Source of the DNA: a virus
Strand: one strand, 5' to 3'
DNA: 64,000 bases
Virus record (IMG/VR): IMGVR_UViG_3300037560_000207
Span: 64,001-128,000 of that record
This document shows positions 18,399 through 28,096 of the stretch, piece after piece. Both the position numbers and the translations under genes were made by a program. How positions within the stretch are numbered: position 1 is the stretch's first letter; each line of letters starts with the position of its first letter. The notes under the pieces are model-generated. The model made no database searches. It was not told the origin of the DNA and worked only from the letters and a program-made list of their open reading frames with translations.

Positions 18399-19337
18399 AT
18401 GAAAATGGAAAAAACGGAAGAATTTTTGAAACCAAAAATGACATTCGGTGATACTTTAAGATTTACAGCCTATGCTTATGCCAAACTTTTATACATTAGA
18501 GATTGTGGGAACACAGAAGTTGCTGGATATGGTGTTACCGCAACCGAAGACCCGTTGTTAGTCACAGATTTCGTTCTTACAAAGCAAGAATGCACCGGAG
18601 TTACATTCGATTTAGACCTAGAAGACGGAGCGGAATATATGGAACGAATGATGGATGCTGGATTAATGCCCTGGATGTATGCTAATCTTCTCATTCATTC
18701 CCACCCCGGCAATTCACCCAACCCAAGCAGCACCGATGAGATCAATTTCCAAAAAGCATTCTCTCATCCAGATTGGGCAATTATGCTAATCATAGCCAAA
18801 GACGACTCTATGTATTGTCGTCTAAAGCTTAATACAGGCCCTGGCGTCGAAAAATTATTGAATGTCCAGGTTGATTTTAGTCAAGATTTCCAGGCTTCCG
18901 ATCGCAAAACATGGAAAATAGAATATGACTCCAAAGTCACCAAACAGATAATCCAGATAAAGGGAACAGCAGGTGTCTTTCCAAAACCAGACGATCCACT
19001 CTGGTGGAATAGAGATGATGAAAAGTGGGTCGGATTCCACCACGTACAACAATCAGAGACTGACCTTGAGGATTTAGAGTGTTACTGGAGCGCTGATGGT
19101 GATGTCCAATATTGGGATGATTACGATGATACGTGGTATACATATGAGCCCAATGCTCAAAAATGGTATATAGAAGACCCAAAGGACAATAATGGGAAAA
19201 TGATGGAAATAAAAACACCTAAAAAGCCATGGACAAATAAAGTTGTAGCATGGGCTATAAAATATGCCAATGAACGTGATTCTATATTAAATGATCAATG
19301 CCCAGAAGAAGAAGTAGAAGTAAAGGAATTAATATGA
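18399..19337 (+). CDS. JAB/MPN+ metalloprotease (deubiquitinase-like) with acidic, Trp-rich C-terminal extension
   Basis: N-terminal Glu (NTEVAG) and HSHPGNSPNPSSTD, matching HxH...S..D. Confidence 0.82.
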   Translation: MKMEKTEEFLKPKMTFGDTLRFTAYAYAKLLYIRDCGNTEVAGYGVTATEDPLLVTDFVLTKQECTGVTFDLDLEDGAEYMERMMDAGLMPWMYANLLIHSHPGNSPNPSSTDEINFQKAFSHPDWAIMLIIAKDDSMYCRLKLNTGPGVEKLLNVQVDFSQDFQASDRKTWKIEYDSKVTKQIIQIKGTAGVFPKPDDPLWWNRDDEKWVGFHHVQQSETDLEDLECYWSADGDVQYWDDYDDTWYTYEPNAQKWYIEDPKDNNGKMMEIKTPKKPWTNKVVAWAIKYANERDSILNDQCPEEEVEVKELI

Positions 19338-19990
19338 TAAATATCGCGGATCGAAACATCAGACAACAAGAACTTGTTCCCCCAGAAAAACTCGCTACAA
19401 CGCGAGCAACAGTTGTGGGGGTAGGAGCTATCGGTCGCCAGGTGGCTCTTCAATTAGCGGCAATTGGCGTACCCCAAATTCAATTGATAGATCACGATAC
19501 GGTCAAAGTAGAGAACCTGGCAGCACAAAGCTTCTACGAAAATGATCTAGATATTTCCAAAGTCTATGCAGTAGCCGATATTTGTCGAGCAATTAACTCA
19601 GAAATCCAAGTAGTCACTGCAAATCGTAAATTTCAATCAATCCAGTTTAGTGGCGGTGTATGTTTTTGCTGCGTGGACGGGATAGAAACTCGACGCAGAA
19701 TCTTTAATGCAGTCAATCAACGTGCTAGTCTGTTTCTGGACGCCAGAATGGCGGCTGAATACCTTCGAATACTTACCGTATGGGATGATATATCTAAGCA
19801 ATATTTTCCAACAACGCTATTTCCCTCTTCAGAAGCATACAGAGGCTCTTGCACCGCAAAATCTACGATCTATTGCGCAAACATCGCAGCGGGAATGATG
19901 GTAGCACAATTTGCTAAGTGGCTACGCGGATGTGATCTTGATAAAGATATTGATATGAATCTTCTAACGAATGAAATGGGAGTGAAGTGA
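19334..19990 (+). CDS. E1-like ThiF/MoeB family adenylyltransferase
   Basis: RNIRQ; VVGVGAIG; IDHDTVKVENL; CVDGIETRR; LDAR; candidate catalytic Cys in GSCTAK; ATGA-coupled to the JAB gene. Confidence 0.88.
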   Translation: MINIADRNIRQQELVPPEKLATTRATVVGVGAIGRQVALQLAAIGVPQIQLIDHDTVKVENLAAQSFYENDLDISKVYAVADICRAINSEIQVVTANRKFQSIQFSGGVCFCCVDGIETRRRIFNAVNQRASLFLDARMAAEYLRILTVWDDISKQYFPTTLFPSSEAYRGSCTAKSTIYCANIAAGMMVAQFAKWLRGCDLDKDIDMNLLTNEMGVK

Positions 19991-20400
19991 TAGGTCCACA
20001 ATTATTAGATGTTCTTAAATTTCGAAAACGTTGCGATCCCATAAGAGATAACTCATGGAGTCTTGATTATCCAATAACACAAAACAATATTAAAATAGCA
20101 ATTGCTAACAATAATCTCCTTCCTCCTAAATCGAATGACATTGTACCATATTCCATTAATCCATTAATCCATGCTGCACGTATAGCATGGTTTATTATTC
20201 ATGGTTGGAATGACCCGATAAACATAGATGTAGGCGTACCATCATTAGGATGTTATCCAAAATGGCCACTAAAAGATGGTAATCATAGGTTCGCCGCAGC
20301 CATTATTCGGGATGACCATTTTATCCTTGCTAATATGTCTGGCGCAGTTAATGAAATCCAGAAATTTTTATGGGAAACAGTAGAAATAGGAATGAAATAG
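19987..20400 (+). CDS. ParB/Srx-like domain protein
   Basis: PINID...LKDGNHRFAAAI; GTGA overlap with the E1 stop. Confidence 0.55.
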   Translation: MIGPQLLDVLKFRKRCDPIRDNSWSLDYPITQNNIKIAIANNNLLPPKSNDIVPYSINPLIHAARIAWFIIHGWNDPINIDVGVPSLGCYPKWPLKDGNHRFAAAIIRDDHFILANMSGAVNEIQKFLWETVEIGMK

Positions 20401-20402
20401 AT

Positions 20403-20849
20403 ATGAGCAATTTACCTACGGACGATTGTTTTGTATTTGTAGTCAAAACAAATTCATATGCCGGTAATTTTGAACGCCAAATGTGTAGTTATATTACCGG
20501 TGAATATGGTGAATGTGAAGTTGGTGACAAAGAAGCTGAAATATTTAAAGCTGAATGTCCCAATAATTATAGGTTTAAAGATTCGGTTATTTCCTTTCCT
20601 GACGAACATGGCTGTTGGCGTCCAGCAACTATGTGGGGTCATAAATGTAATGATGTAGCAATCTTTTTTGAAACTAAACCCACTGAGACACAACTTACTT
20701 TAATGAGAAATCGTGCTAGGAAATTTGCTATAATGACCAATCCATCTGATGGAAAGCATAAACATATCACCATCCATGGTTTTGAATTAAGAAAATATTG
20801 TATTAAACGTATTGATACAGAAATCACTGTGTGGAAAAAGAATGAGTAA
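20403..20849 (+). CDS. phage hypothetical protein
   Basis: MSNLPTD...YAGNFERQMCSYITG. Confidence 0.55.
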   Translation: MSNLPTDDCFVFVVKTNSYAGNFERQMCSYITGEYGECEVGDKEAEIFKAECPNNYRFKDSVISFPDEHGCWRPATMWGHKCNDVAIFFETKPTETQLTLMRNRARKFAIMTNPSDGKHKHITIHGFELRKYCIKRIDTEITVWKKNE

Positions 20850-20958
20850 GTTCTATAATAACGCATGAATGTGGATGGCGATCAGAACTGTCATCTTTGT
20901 ATGGAAACCGCCCAACGTGGGAGGTAGTTTTAGGAATCCTTTATATGAGGAGTAAGAA

Positions 20959-21187
20959 AATGTTAGGAATTAAGAAGAAAGCACAAGGAATCAAACTTAT
21001 TGAAGAGGTGGCGGGTCGTTTTACTACTATGATCGAAGAATTGGAAAGAGGAGCGGACGATTGCCAACATGAATGTGCGGGTATTCAAACTCAAATCCAA
21101 ATGCTCAATCAACGCGATACCGAACTTTGTAGTTCTATCACACAAGCACAAAAACTTGCGTCTAATTTGCGCAACCTTATCGGTTAA
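20959..21187 (+). CDS. coiled-coil hypothetical protein
   Basis: GAGGAG RBS before MLGIKKK; heptad pattern. Confidence 0.55.
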
Positions 21188-21229
21188 TCATAAATCACAC
21201 AATAACTTTTGTTAATAAAGTAAAAATTA

Positions 21230-21470
21230 ATGGCAAACGGTCAAACCAAAGTCATAGTGGCTCAAAGAGGTATTGGATTCTGTGGTGTCTTATTTATTAT
21301 CCTCCTTCTTCTGAAGGTCGGTGTTGTTGAAACGACAGTCATGGGATGGTCTTGGATTTGGATCACTATGGAGTCCACTAGCTATATTTGTTAGTATCTT
21401 CCTACTCATCGTAGGGGGAGGACTCCTTGTGCTGGGGATCGGTTACCTCATTGACCTAATCAGGAAATAA
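21230..21470 (+). pseudogene. small membrane-protein gene with an apparent 1-nt frameshift near 21365
   Basis: GIGFCGVLFIILLLLKV...WSWIW continues as LWSPLAIFVSIFLLIV... in the +1 frame; span is 241 nt. Confidence 0.5.
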
Positions 21471-21587
21471 ATCGATGCTAATTGTTATAGCTATAAAAGT
21501 AGCCAGTATCGTAGTGGCTATCTTGATATCTTGGTGGATAATCAACAAAATAGACTCTTTTCTCATAAGACGAAAGATGAATAGATA

Positions 21588-21824
21588 TTGGCACAGACGC
21601 CAAAAGAGAGGATCAAAATGATTCAAAAGAGTAGCACTGTCATCCTGCGAACCGTCAATGCAATTTATTCGCCATGTAAAATTGTTGCTTTGAATGATGA
21701 AAGCATTACTGTCAAATTTTTTGCGGGGATGAAAAAAGATCGCAAGACAGGAAAAATGTATGAGGATCATCAAATTGAAACAATTCCTCGTAATAAGATT
21801 ACTAGTTTACAGGAAAGAACCTAA
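21588..21824 (+). CDS. hypothetical protein
   Basis: 78-aa ORF. Confidence 0.5.
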   Translation: MAQTPKERIKMIQKSSTVILRTVNAIYSPCKIVALNDESITVKFFAGMKKDRKTGKMYEDHQIETIPRNKITSLQERT

Positions 21825-21826
21825 AT

Positions 21827-22141
21827 ATGACTGATAAACGATATCGGGTGAATTTTCAATGTCCCAACCCTGACTGCGATTCTATAACAGTCGAAGAAGT
21901 GATGGTTGAGGTTTCTCAATTTTCTCCGATCACCGATATTATTCCCTGTGTTGTCAATAAACAACTCTGCTATGCAGTGGATTATGGCAATTGCTCGTAT
22001 GGGGGTGGTATAGTTTTACATTATGCCTGTCCATCCTGTGGATATATTTTACATGATTCTCACGAATATAGTATACCAATTTCAGAAGATACTGAGTTGT
22101 TTGAATGGCTTAAGCGGCACAATATGTTGGAGGAAGTATAA
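21827..22141 (+). CDS. zinc-ribbon protein
   Basis: CPNPDC...CPSCG. Confidence 0.6.
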   Translation: MTDKRYRVNFQCPNPDCDSITVEEVMVEVSQFSPITDIIPCVVNKQLCYAVDYGNCSYGGGIVLHYACPSCGYILHDSHEYSIPISEDTELFEWLKRHNMLEEV

Positions 22142-22375
22142 ATGGGAAGAATTCCTGAACACGAATACATTAAACAGCACGGGTATCGAGCGGTAACATT
22201 TCAGTTGATTGAACTTTACCACACCCCAAGCGAAGTCGAGGTGTTCAACACATGGTTCGCAGGTCAAACTTGGCCTATCTTAGAGGATGGCACATATGCT
22301 GTCTATGTAGATGATTACGAACGGTGGTTGTCGGAAGGAAGATTGGATCATCAACTCTCCCATAATTGGGATTAA
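22142..22375 (+). CDS. hypothetical protein
   Basis: GGAGG RBS. Confidence 0.55.
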   Translation: MGRIPEHEYIKQHGYRAVTFQLIELYHTPSEVEVFNTWFAGQTWPILEDGTYAVYVDDYERWLSEGRLDHQLSHNWD

Positions 22376-22657
22376 GGAGAAGAATGATAGCGTATCTAAT
22401 CACATATCAGACTCGTCGTAGGATCAAATTGACACTTCCCTCGGGAGATTGGAAAGATAAAGAAAAGACTGTTCTTGCTGATGAAGATGCAAGGGAGGCT
22501 ATAAATGAAATCGTAGACTCTCTTCAGGGCTATAGTTTTCGTTTAAAAGGTGTAAAAGCAGTGGGACAGGTAGATATGATAGCTAAAACAAATCCCACAG
22601 ACCAGGAATGTTAAAGTAACACTGAGATGCCCACCAGATTACCCTGGCCAGTGCTCT

Positions 22658-22894
22658 TCATTCAGCTTTGGATATTTTATTATCACCAATTTTAATGTCC
22701 TTAGTGAGTGAATCAACAATTGTGTCAATAAGGGTAGATTGGATTTCCACCCTAGCCGGTTCCTCGCTTATTTGTTTGGCCCTAATACCAGCATATATTT
22801 CCCAAGAACCTTCATTCGCAGTAACCAGAGCACAGCCCGTAGTCCCAGCCAGCAAACACATAGCTAACCATAATTTTACAAAGTTTTTTCTCAT
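22658..22894 (-). CDS. lipoprotein
   Basis: GAGGAGG RBS before ATG22894; MRKNFVKLWLAMCLLAGTTG-C lipobox. Confidence 0.65.
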   Translation of the reverse strand: MRKNFVKLWLAMCLLAGTTGCALVTANEGSWEIYAGIRAKQISEEPARVEIQSTLIDTIVDSLTKDIKIGDNKISKAE

Positions 22895-23343
22895 AATAAC
22901 TTCCTCCTCTTGTTTAATTATACACCAAAGGAGCAAGAATGGAATTCGATGTCATAGTAAAGCACCCCAATTTTGGTATAGGGAAAATATCGGAAATAAC
23001 TTTCGATAATACAAACGAACCACTCATCTCAGTCCAATGGGGTAGTGGACGACGTGGATGCTACTTGGTCGAGGAACTAGAATTTTTAGTAATAGGAGAA
23101 TAAGAGTGGCTGAAGAATATGCTGCATTCTATGGGGATGAAACCGGCATAATTATTCTAGCAAACAATATTGAAGATGCTGAAAAATATGCTGCTAAAAT
23201 AGCATCTCCGTTAAAAAGGGTGGTATTGCGAAAAGGAATGAGTTGGTTTGATGAACTTTATGCAGACACCACAGAAATACATGATATCACTGGAGATAAG
23301 TTAAAAATCGTAGACTTGAAATCACTGATGTAAAAGTTTTGCC

Positions 23344-23372
23344 GAACAAATAGAGGGGTCCGACGTATAATA
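23344..23372 (+). promoter_or_regulatory. promoter motif GAACAAA-N13-CGTATAATA
   Basis: Intergenic; same spacing as the copies at 25795, 27768 and 60277. Confidence 0.7.
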
Positions 23373-23429
23373 AGGTAACAGCCAAAGCTGTTCCCGAAAC
23401 TTTTTGTTTTGTTAGAAAGGAAATATAAC

Positions 23430-23627
23430 ATGATTGCAGTTTTTGAAGATAACCATGAAATTATTGTTGTCGGACTAAATGCCGATGGTAGTCCAATGGA
23501 TTCGGATGGAACATTGTTTGGTCCCGAATCTGGACGAGACATAAATATGTTTGAACGACTCGATGTTAATGTTGATGAAGGAGAAATCATACGTATAGAA
23601 TCATCATCAAGAGTACGAGTACGATAG
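23430..23627 (+). CDS. hypothetical protein
   Basis: AAGGA RBS before MIAVFEDN. Confidence 0.5.
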   Translation: MIAVFEDNHEIIVVGLNADGSPMDSDGTLFGPESGRDINMFERLDVNVDEGEIIRIESSSRVRVR

Positions 23628-23691
23628 AAATAAAAAATTGGCTACGTATGGTCAATTAGTTATTGGGTTTTGAAAAATAGGAGCAACCAAA

Positions 23692-23988
23692 ATGTCACAA
23701 ACACACGACAGAATTGAAAAGAATGAGGATCAGAGTGACCAAGCGTTTGAAATCATCGAAATCAACCTTGCAACCGGTGGAACAACGATTCTAATTCAAA
23801 AAGGAATCATCGGTGCATTATCTCATCAATTGAAGAACACAAGTAATCATAGGAAGGGTAGTTCAATTTTGAGGAAATTAGGGTACGTGTTATCTAACTG
23901 TGGGGACATCCAATATGGCGGAGAAATAAAAGAAACTGATTTAGACCCCGACCTGGTGACTAGTGAAGTAAACGAAGAAGATGAATAA
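23692..23988 (+). CDS. hypothetical protein
   Basis: AGGAG RBS. Confidence 0.55.
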   Translation: MSQTHDRIEKNEDQSDQAFEIIEINLATGGTTILIQKGIIGALSHQLKNTSNHRKGSSILRKLGYVLSNCGDIQYGGEIKETDLDPDLVTSEVNEEDE

Positions 23989-24627
23989 GTGTTATCTTTA
24001 TTCGAACAACGATTTGGGAAACTGATAGCCATTTGGCCACAGGGAAAGAGTAAGCATAGAAAGATTCTATGGCTATGTCAATGTGATTGTGGCAATGAAG
24101 TAATTATAGGAGGTAGCTCACTTAAAAGTGGCCATACTAGAAGTTGTGGATGTCTGAAAATAGAAAAAATAAAACAACGATCAACCAAACATGGATATGG
24201 AAAATCTCATGTTTATCGAATATGGGCTAATATGATTCAAAGATGCACTAATCCAAATCGCAGTCAATATCAATATTACGGAGGTCGTAATATCAAAGTT
24301 TGTAAACGGTGGTCAAAGTTTAAAAACTTTCTAAAAGATATGGGTGAGGTGCCCCCTGGGCACCAAATTGATCGAATAAACAATAATGGTAATTATTGTA
24401 AATCCAATTGTCGTTGGGTAACTTCAAAACAACAACAAAGAAATAAACAAAACAACAGACCAATAACCTATAATGGTAGAACGCAACTTTTGATTGAATG
24501 GGCAGAAGAAACAGGTATTGATAGGGAAACTATTGCTGCGAGATTGAAAAGAGGTTGGTCTATCGAAAAAGCATTAATAACACCAATACAAAAACATAAA
24601 GTATACAAACTAAAAGATCGTGTCTAA
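23989..24627 (+). CDS. HNH homing endonuclease (family copy 1)
   Basis: RFGKL...WLCQCDCG...SCGC...RCTNP...YGGR.I.VC..W...IDRINN..NYC..NCRW. Confidence 0.85.
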   Translation: MLSLFEQRFGKLIAIWPQGKSKHRKILWLCQCDCGNEVIIGGSSLKSGHTRSCGCLKIEKIKQRSTKHGYGKSHVYRIWANMIQRCTNPNRSQYQYYGGRNIKVCKRWSKFKNFLKDMGEVPPGHQIDRINNNGNYCKSNCRWVTSKQQQRNKQNNRPITYNGRTQLLIEWAEETGIDRETIAARLKRGWSIEKALITPIQKHKVYKLKDRV

Positions 24628-24665
24628 TTTTATTTATTTTTGTCTTTAATAATAGAGGAAAAACA

Positions 24666-25165
24666 ATGGCAGCATTAACAACACAAGAACAACGAGTAAT
24701 CAAAAATCATTTCGAAGGGCGTGTCAACAGAAGCCGACGACAGTCAATGGTGGATTTCCTTACCAAGCACTTCCGTTATCATACTATGAATGCGTGCAAT
24801 CGAAGCACTAGCTATGCACATAACATCAAATTAACATATTTACAAGGTGTTCTCCCAAATGACATTACCAACATCAGTAGCGAAACAGCGTGGGCTATGC
24901 TTGATTGCACAGAGTGGCACGTCCACATGAATGGTCTTATGCATGATAAGGTGGTATCAGAAGTGGCAGATTATTCTGTCAACTAGGTTTACCTATTGAT
25001 CAAGGTGAAGATTTTCATGGCTGGGATATGGATGAACTTAAGAATCGTGTTATTATCGTCCAGGATTTCGATATGCTTGCAGCCGATATAATTATGGATT
25101 TCTGTGCATTTTGCAGGTCTTATGATGTAGTTGAAACTGTTAAAATACTACAGGAAAAAGAATAA
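24666..25165 (+). pseudogene. phage gene (HFRYHTMN...STSYA type) with an apparent -1 frameshift at 24950-24983
   Basis: Frame A stops at 24986; frame B is open 24950-25165 without a suitable start and ends in TAATG overlapping the next gene. Confidence 0.45.
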
Positions 25166-25419
25166 TGGCAAAAGAATTTCTAAACGTAGGCTTCGCTGTT
25201 TTCAATATAAAGACAGAAGAAAAACATAAGGCAGACACTGGTTTTATCACACGATTTGGTCAGGAAATTTTTGACAAAGAAATTTTACCAATTCACAAGT
25301 CTGGCATCATGTCTATTTTCCACAATCCACCAAATCAATGGACCGCATGGTATATAGAAATTGTTGCATTTTTAGTCAATAATCGAATATACAACAGGAC
25401 TAAAAATGGATCAATGTGA
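25165..25419 (+). CDS. hypothetical protein
   Basis: TAATG coupling. Confidence 0.5.
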   Translation: MAKEFLNVGFAVFNIKTEEKHKADTGFITRFGQEIFDKEILPIHKSGIMSIFHNPPNQWTAWYIEIVAFLVNNRIYNRTKNGSM

Positions 25420-25612
25420 TTTTCCCAAATGTAGAAACCTCACAGAATTAGTATATATTGGACGCAATGTCTGTAATAAACATTGGGAACAAATCTGTGA
25501 AACAGATAGCAAGACACAAAAGAGATTATTAAGAATGATCCGCCTAGTCAGAAATGATGGTGGTGCAGTAGTTCCGATAAGGAGGAGGAGAAACAATGGA
25601 AACGAAGATTGA
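25406..25612 (+). CDS. zinc-finger hypothetical protein
   Basis: CDFPKC...CNKH. Confidence 0.5.
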   Translation: MDQCDFPKCRNLTELVYIGRNVCNKHWEQICETDSKTQKRLLRMIRLVRNDGGAVVPIRRRRNNGNED

Positions 25613-25794
25613 TTGGAAAAAGGTATGGATCAAGTTCGACGAATGGATAAGTACGAAAGGAAAGTCCACTAGATGTAAAACTTGCGATCACTCTGAAAGT
25701 AACTTTCCAGATTGGGAAGAACAGCAAAGAAAAATTCAACAGCTTGTTAATGCCCAGGTCCGAGAACTATAAAAAGAAAATCTAGGATTTTGTC

Positions 25795-25823
25795 GAACAA
25801 ACTTTCTTATCGTACGTATAATA
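25795..25823 (+). promoter_or_regulatory. promoter motif GAACAAA-N13-CGTATAATA upstream of ligA
   Basis: Exact consensus, 18 nt before the ligA ATG. Confidence 0.72.
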
Positions 25824-25841
25824 ATACGAGAGAAAGAATAT

Positions 25842-27713
25842 ATGGAAACAAAACAACTCGAAGAAGCAAGTGAAGCTTATTATGCTGGCAATCCAATTAT
25901 AACAGATGTCGAATTTGACTCCGCTATTACTCAGCTACAAAAAAACGATCCTGATCATCCATTTTTAAAGAGAATAGGTGCGCCTGTTCCGGGTACATTA
26001 AAAGCCAAACATAAGATTCCAATGGGAAGTTTGGATAATGCTAACAACGAACAAGAATTTCGAGCATGGATTCCAGACAAGACATATATACATCTTTCCC
26101 ATAAAATGGACGGTTCTTCATTGGAATTTGTTTACCAGGATGGTTCATTTGTTCAAGCCATTACTCGTGGAGATGGTAAGGTCGGGGAAGATGTTACCAA
26201 GAATGTTCTACGGTCTGGCAACATTCCATTGTCTATTCATCCATCTATTGTATCGGTAAGATGTGAATGTTTAATACATAAGGATGATTGGATGAAGCAT
26301 TTTAGTGGAGATGCTAATCCACGAAATTCTGCTGCTGGAACACTTCGTCGCCATGACGGCCATAATGCAAAGTATCTCAGATTCTATACGTTCGATGCGA
26401 TGTTCAATATCGGTGATGACGCATTGTCTCATCTGGAATATGAAGATGAGGTCATGTCTATGCTTACAGAATGGTTTCTAACACCAGATTGTACTTTTTC
26501 AAATGATCTAAATAGTATGATCGCATGGTGCCAAGAAACAGAAAATAATCGAGAGACTTTTCCTTACGAAATAGACGGAGTTGTGGCTAAGATAGATGAT
26601 CGCACCAGGTCACAAAAAATGGGGGATCGGGATGGTCGTCCAAAAGGTCAAATAGCTATTAAGTTCAACCCTCGTGGCAGTGAGACTATTTTAAGGAAAG
26701 TAGTATGGCAAGTTGGTCACACTGGTGCTTTAACTCCGGTTGGTGAGGTTGATCCAGTAGGAGTAGGTGGCACTCTTATACAACGTGTTACATTATGTAA
26801 TTTAGACGAAATCGAAAGGTTGGGCATAGCTATCGGAGATACGGTCGAGGTTATTAGAGCGGGTGATGTCATTCCAAAACTATCTAAATGTATTAGGAAA
26901 GATAAAAGGAGACAGACTATATGTAGACCATTCCAGTGTCCAGAGTGTTATGGCGACATTGAAAAGAATGGTGCAAAACTCTTTTGTATAAATGATGAGT
27001 GCCCAGGTAAATCTTTTGCTCGCGTCATGACATGGATAAAGAAACGTAATATCCTGAATATCGGAGAAGGTATCGTTAAGGCTGCTGGTGTAGAACATAT
27101 TCTTCGACTATACGACAAAGGTCTCGACGAGTGGGCTAATGTCAAAGTCGGGAATGGTGTATTAGGGCAAAAACGTGCGCAAAAAATAATAGATGCTCTG
27201 GAGAATTCTAGATCGGTTTCTTTGTCTGAATTTTTGGGCTCCATAGGGATCAAAAGTGTGGGTAGGTCTCTTTGTAGTGTTCTTTGTGAGGGACTAGGGC
27301 TGGAGACGATCAATGATGTGTTTACAGTCCATCCAAAGCAGATAGAATCACTTGAAGGATTCGGATACACAAGAGCATGTGATTTTTGTAGTTGGTTATT
27401 GGACCATGATGAAGAAGTATTAGATATAGCCCATCTGATGAATTTTGAGAATCAGCCAGACACCAAAGGTGAAGGTAGGGTTTTCAATGGTGAGACAATA
27501 TGTTTTACCGGTAAGTCTCCAAAGCCACGTCCAGAAATGAATAGTTTGGCAAAAGCTGCTGGGGCATCAGTTGTTAGTTCTGTAGGTAGTAGTACAACGA
27601 TTTTGGTTATAGCTGATATAAATAGTATATCATCAAAAGCTATTAAGGCTCGTGAACTTGGGATTAAATTGATGTCGCCAGAAGATTTTTTATCTAATGT
27701 TAGTGGCAATTGA
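25842..27713 (+). CDS. ligA: NAD-dependent DNA ligase
   Basis: HKIPMGSL; motif I KMDG; TRGDG; NPRNSAAG; EIDGVV.K; OB domain GHTG.LTPV; Zn finger CPEC...C...C; HhH repeats; C-terminal BRCT (FTG). Confidence 0.95.
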   Translation: METKQLEEASEAYYAGNPIITDVEFDSAITQLQKNDPDHPFLKRIGAPVPGTLKAKHKIPMGSLDNANNEQEFRAWIPDKTYIHLSHKMDGSSLEFVYQDGSFVQAITRGDGKVGEDVTKNVLRSGNIPLSIHPSIVSVRCECLIHKDDWMKHFSGDANPRNSAAGTLRRHDGHNAKYLRFYTFDAMFNIGDDALSHLEYEDEVMSMLTEWFLTPDCTFSNDLNSMIAWCQETENNRETFPYEIDGVVAKIDDRTRSQKMGDRDGRPKGQIAIKFNPRGSETILRKVVWQVGHTGALTPVGEVDPVGVGGTLIQRVTLCNLDEIERLGIAIGDTVEVIRAGDVIPKLSKCIRKDKRRQTICRPFQCPECYGDIEKNGAKLFCINDECPGKSFARVMTWIKKRNILNIGEGIVKAAGVEHILRLYDKGLDEWANVKVGNGVLGQKRAQKIIDALENSRSVSLSEFLGSIGIKSVGRSLCSVLCEGLGLETINDVFTVHPKQIESLEGFGYTRACDFCSWLLDHDEEVLDIAHLMNFENQPDTKGEGRVFNGETICFTGKSPKPRPEMNSLAKAAGASVVSSVGSSTTILVIADINSISSKAIKARELGIKLMSPEDFLSNVSGN

Positions 27714-27767
27714 TTTTATCATTAATCACTTTAAGAGATTAATTCCTTCGGTTTTTTATTTTCTGTC

Positions 27768-27796
27768 GAACAAATATATCTAATGGGCGTATAATA
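27768..27796 (+). promoter_or_regulatory. promoter motif GAACAAA-N13-CGTATAATA
   Basis: Exact consensus, 7 nt before ATG27804 (possible leaderless transcript). Confidence 0.72.
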
Positions 27797-27803
27797 TAGT
27801 AGC

Positions 27804-28019
27804 ATGACCCAGAAAGAAATTATATCGAGGCTGAAGAAAATCCTTAATAAATCGGATGTTGAATCTGATGGATTAATTAATAGGAAGCAGTCGTCCAAAC
27901 ATGATGGTGAAGTTGAAGTCTTATTAGATCACATTTCACTACTGATAGCCGATCTTCGTTTTAACGCTAAAGTAGATAGACGAGAATTATTTCAGGTGAG
28001 AGCGGTTTTAGAGGAATAG
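27804..28019 (+). CDS. hypothetical protein
   Basis: Directly downstream of the promoter motif. Confidence 0.55.
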   Translation: MTQKEIISRLKKILNKSDVESDGLINRKQSSKHDGEVEVLLDHISLLIADLRFNAKVDRRELFQVRAVLEE

Positions 28020-28096
28020 AGAAAAGGAATTGATAGAAGATGAATAACAACATAGATTCTTTTTTTATAATCAACTTGGGTTAAGGGGATAAGAAC

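Noticed and set aside
19334-19990. ThiF plus Ubl as thiamine or molybdopterin sulfur-carrier genes
   Set aside because: No thi, moa or cysteine desulfurase genes are present, and the E2-like and JAB neighbours point to protein conjugation. Sulfur transfer is not formally excluded.
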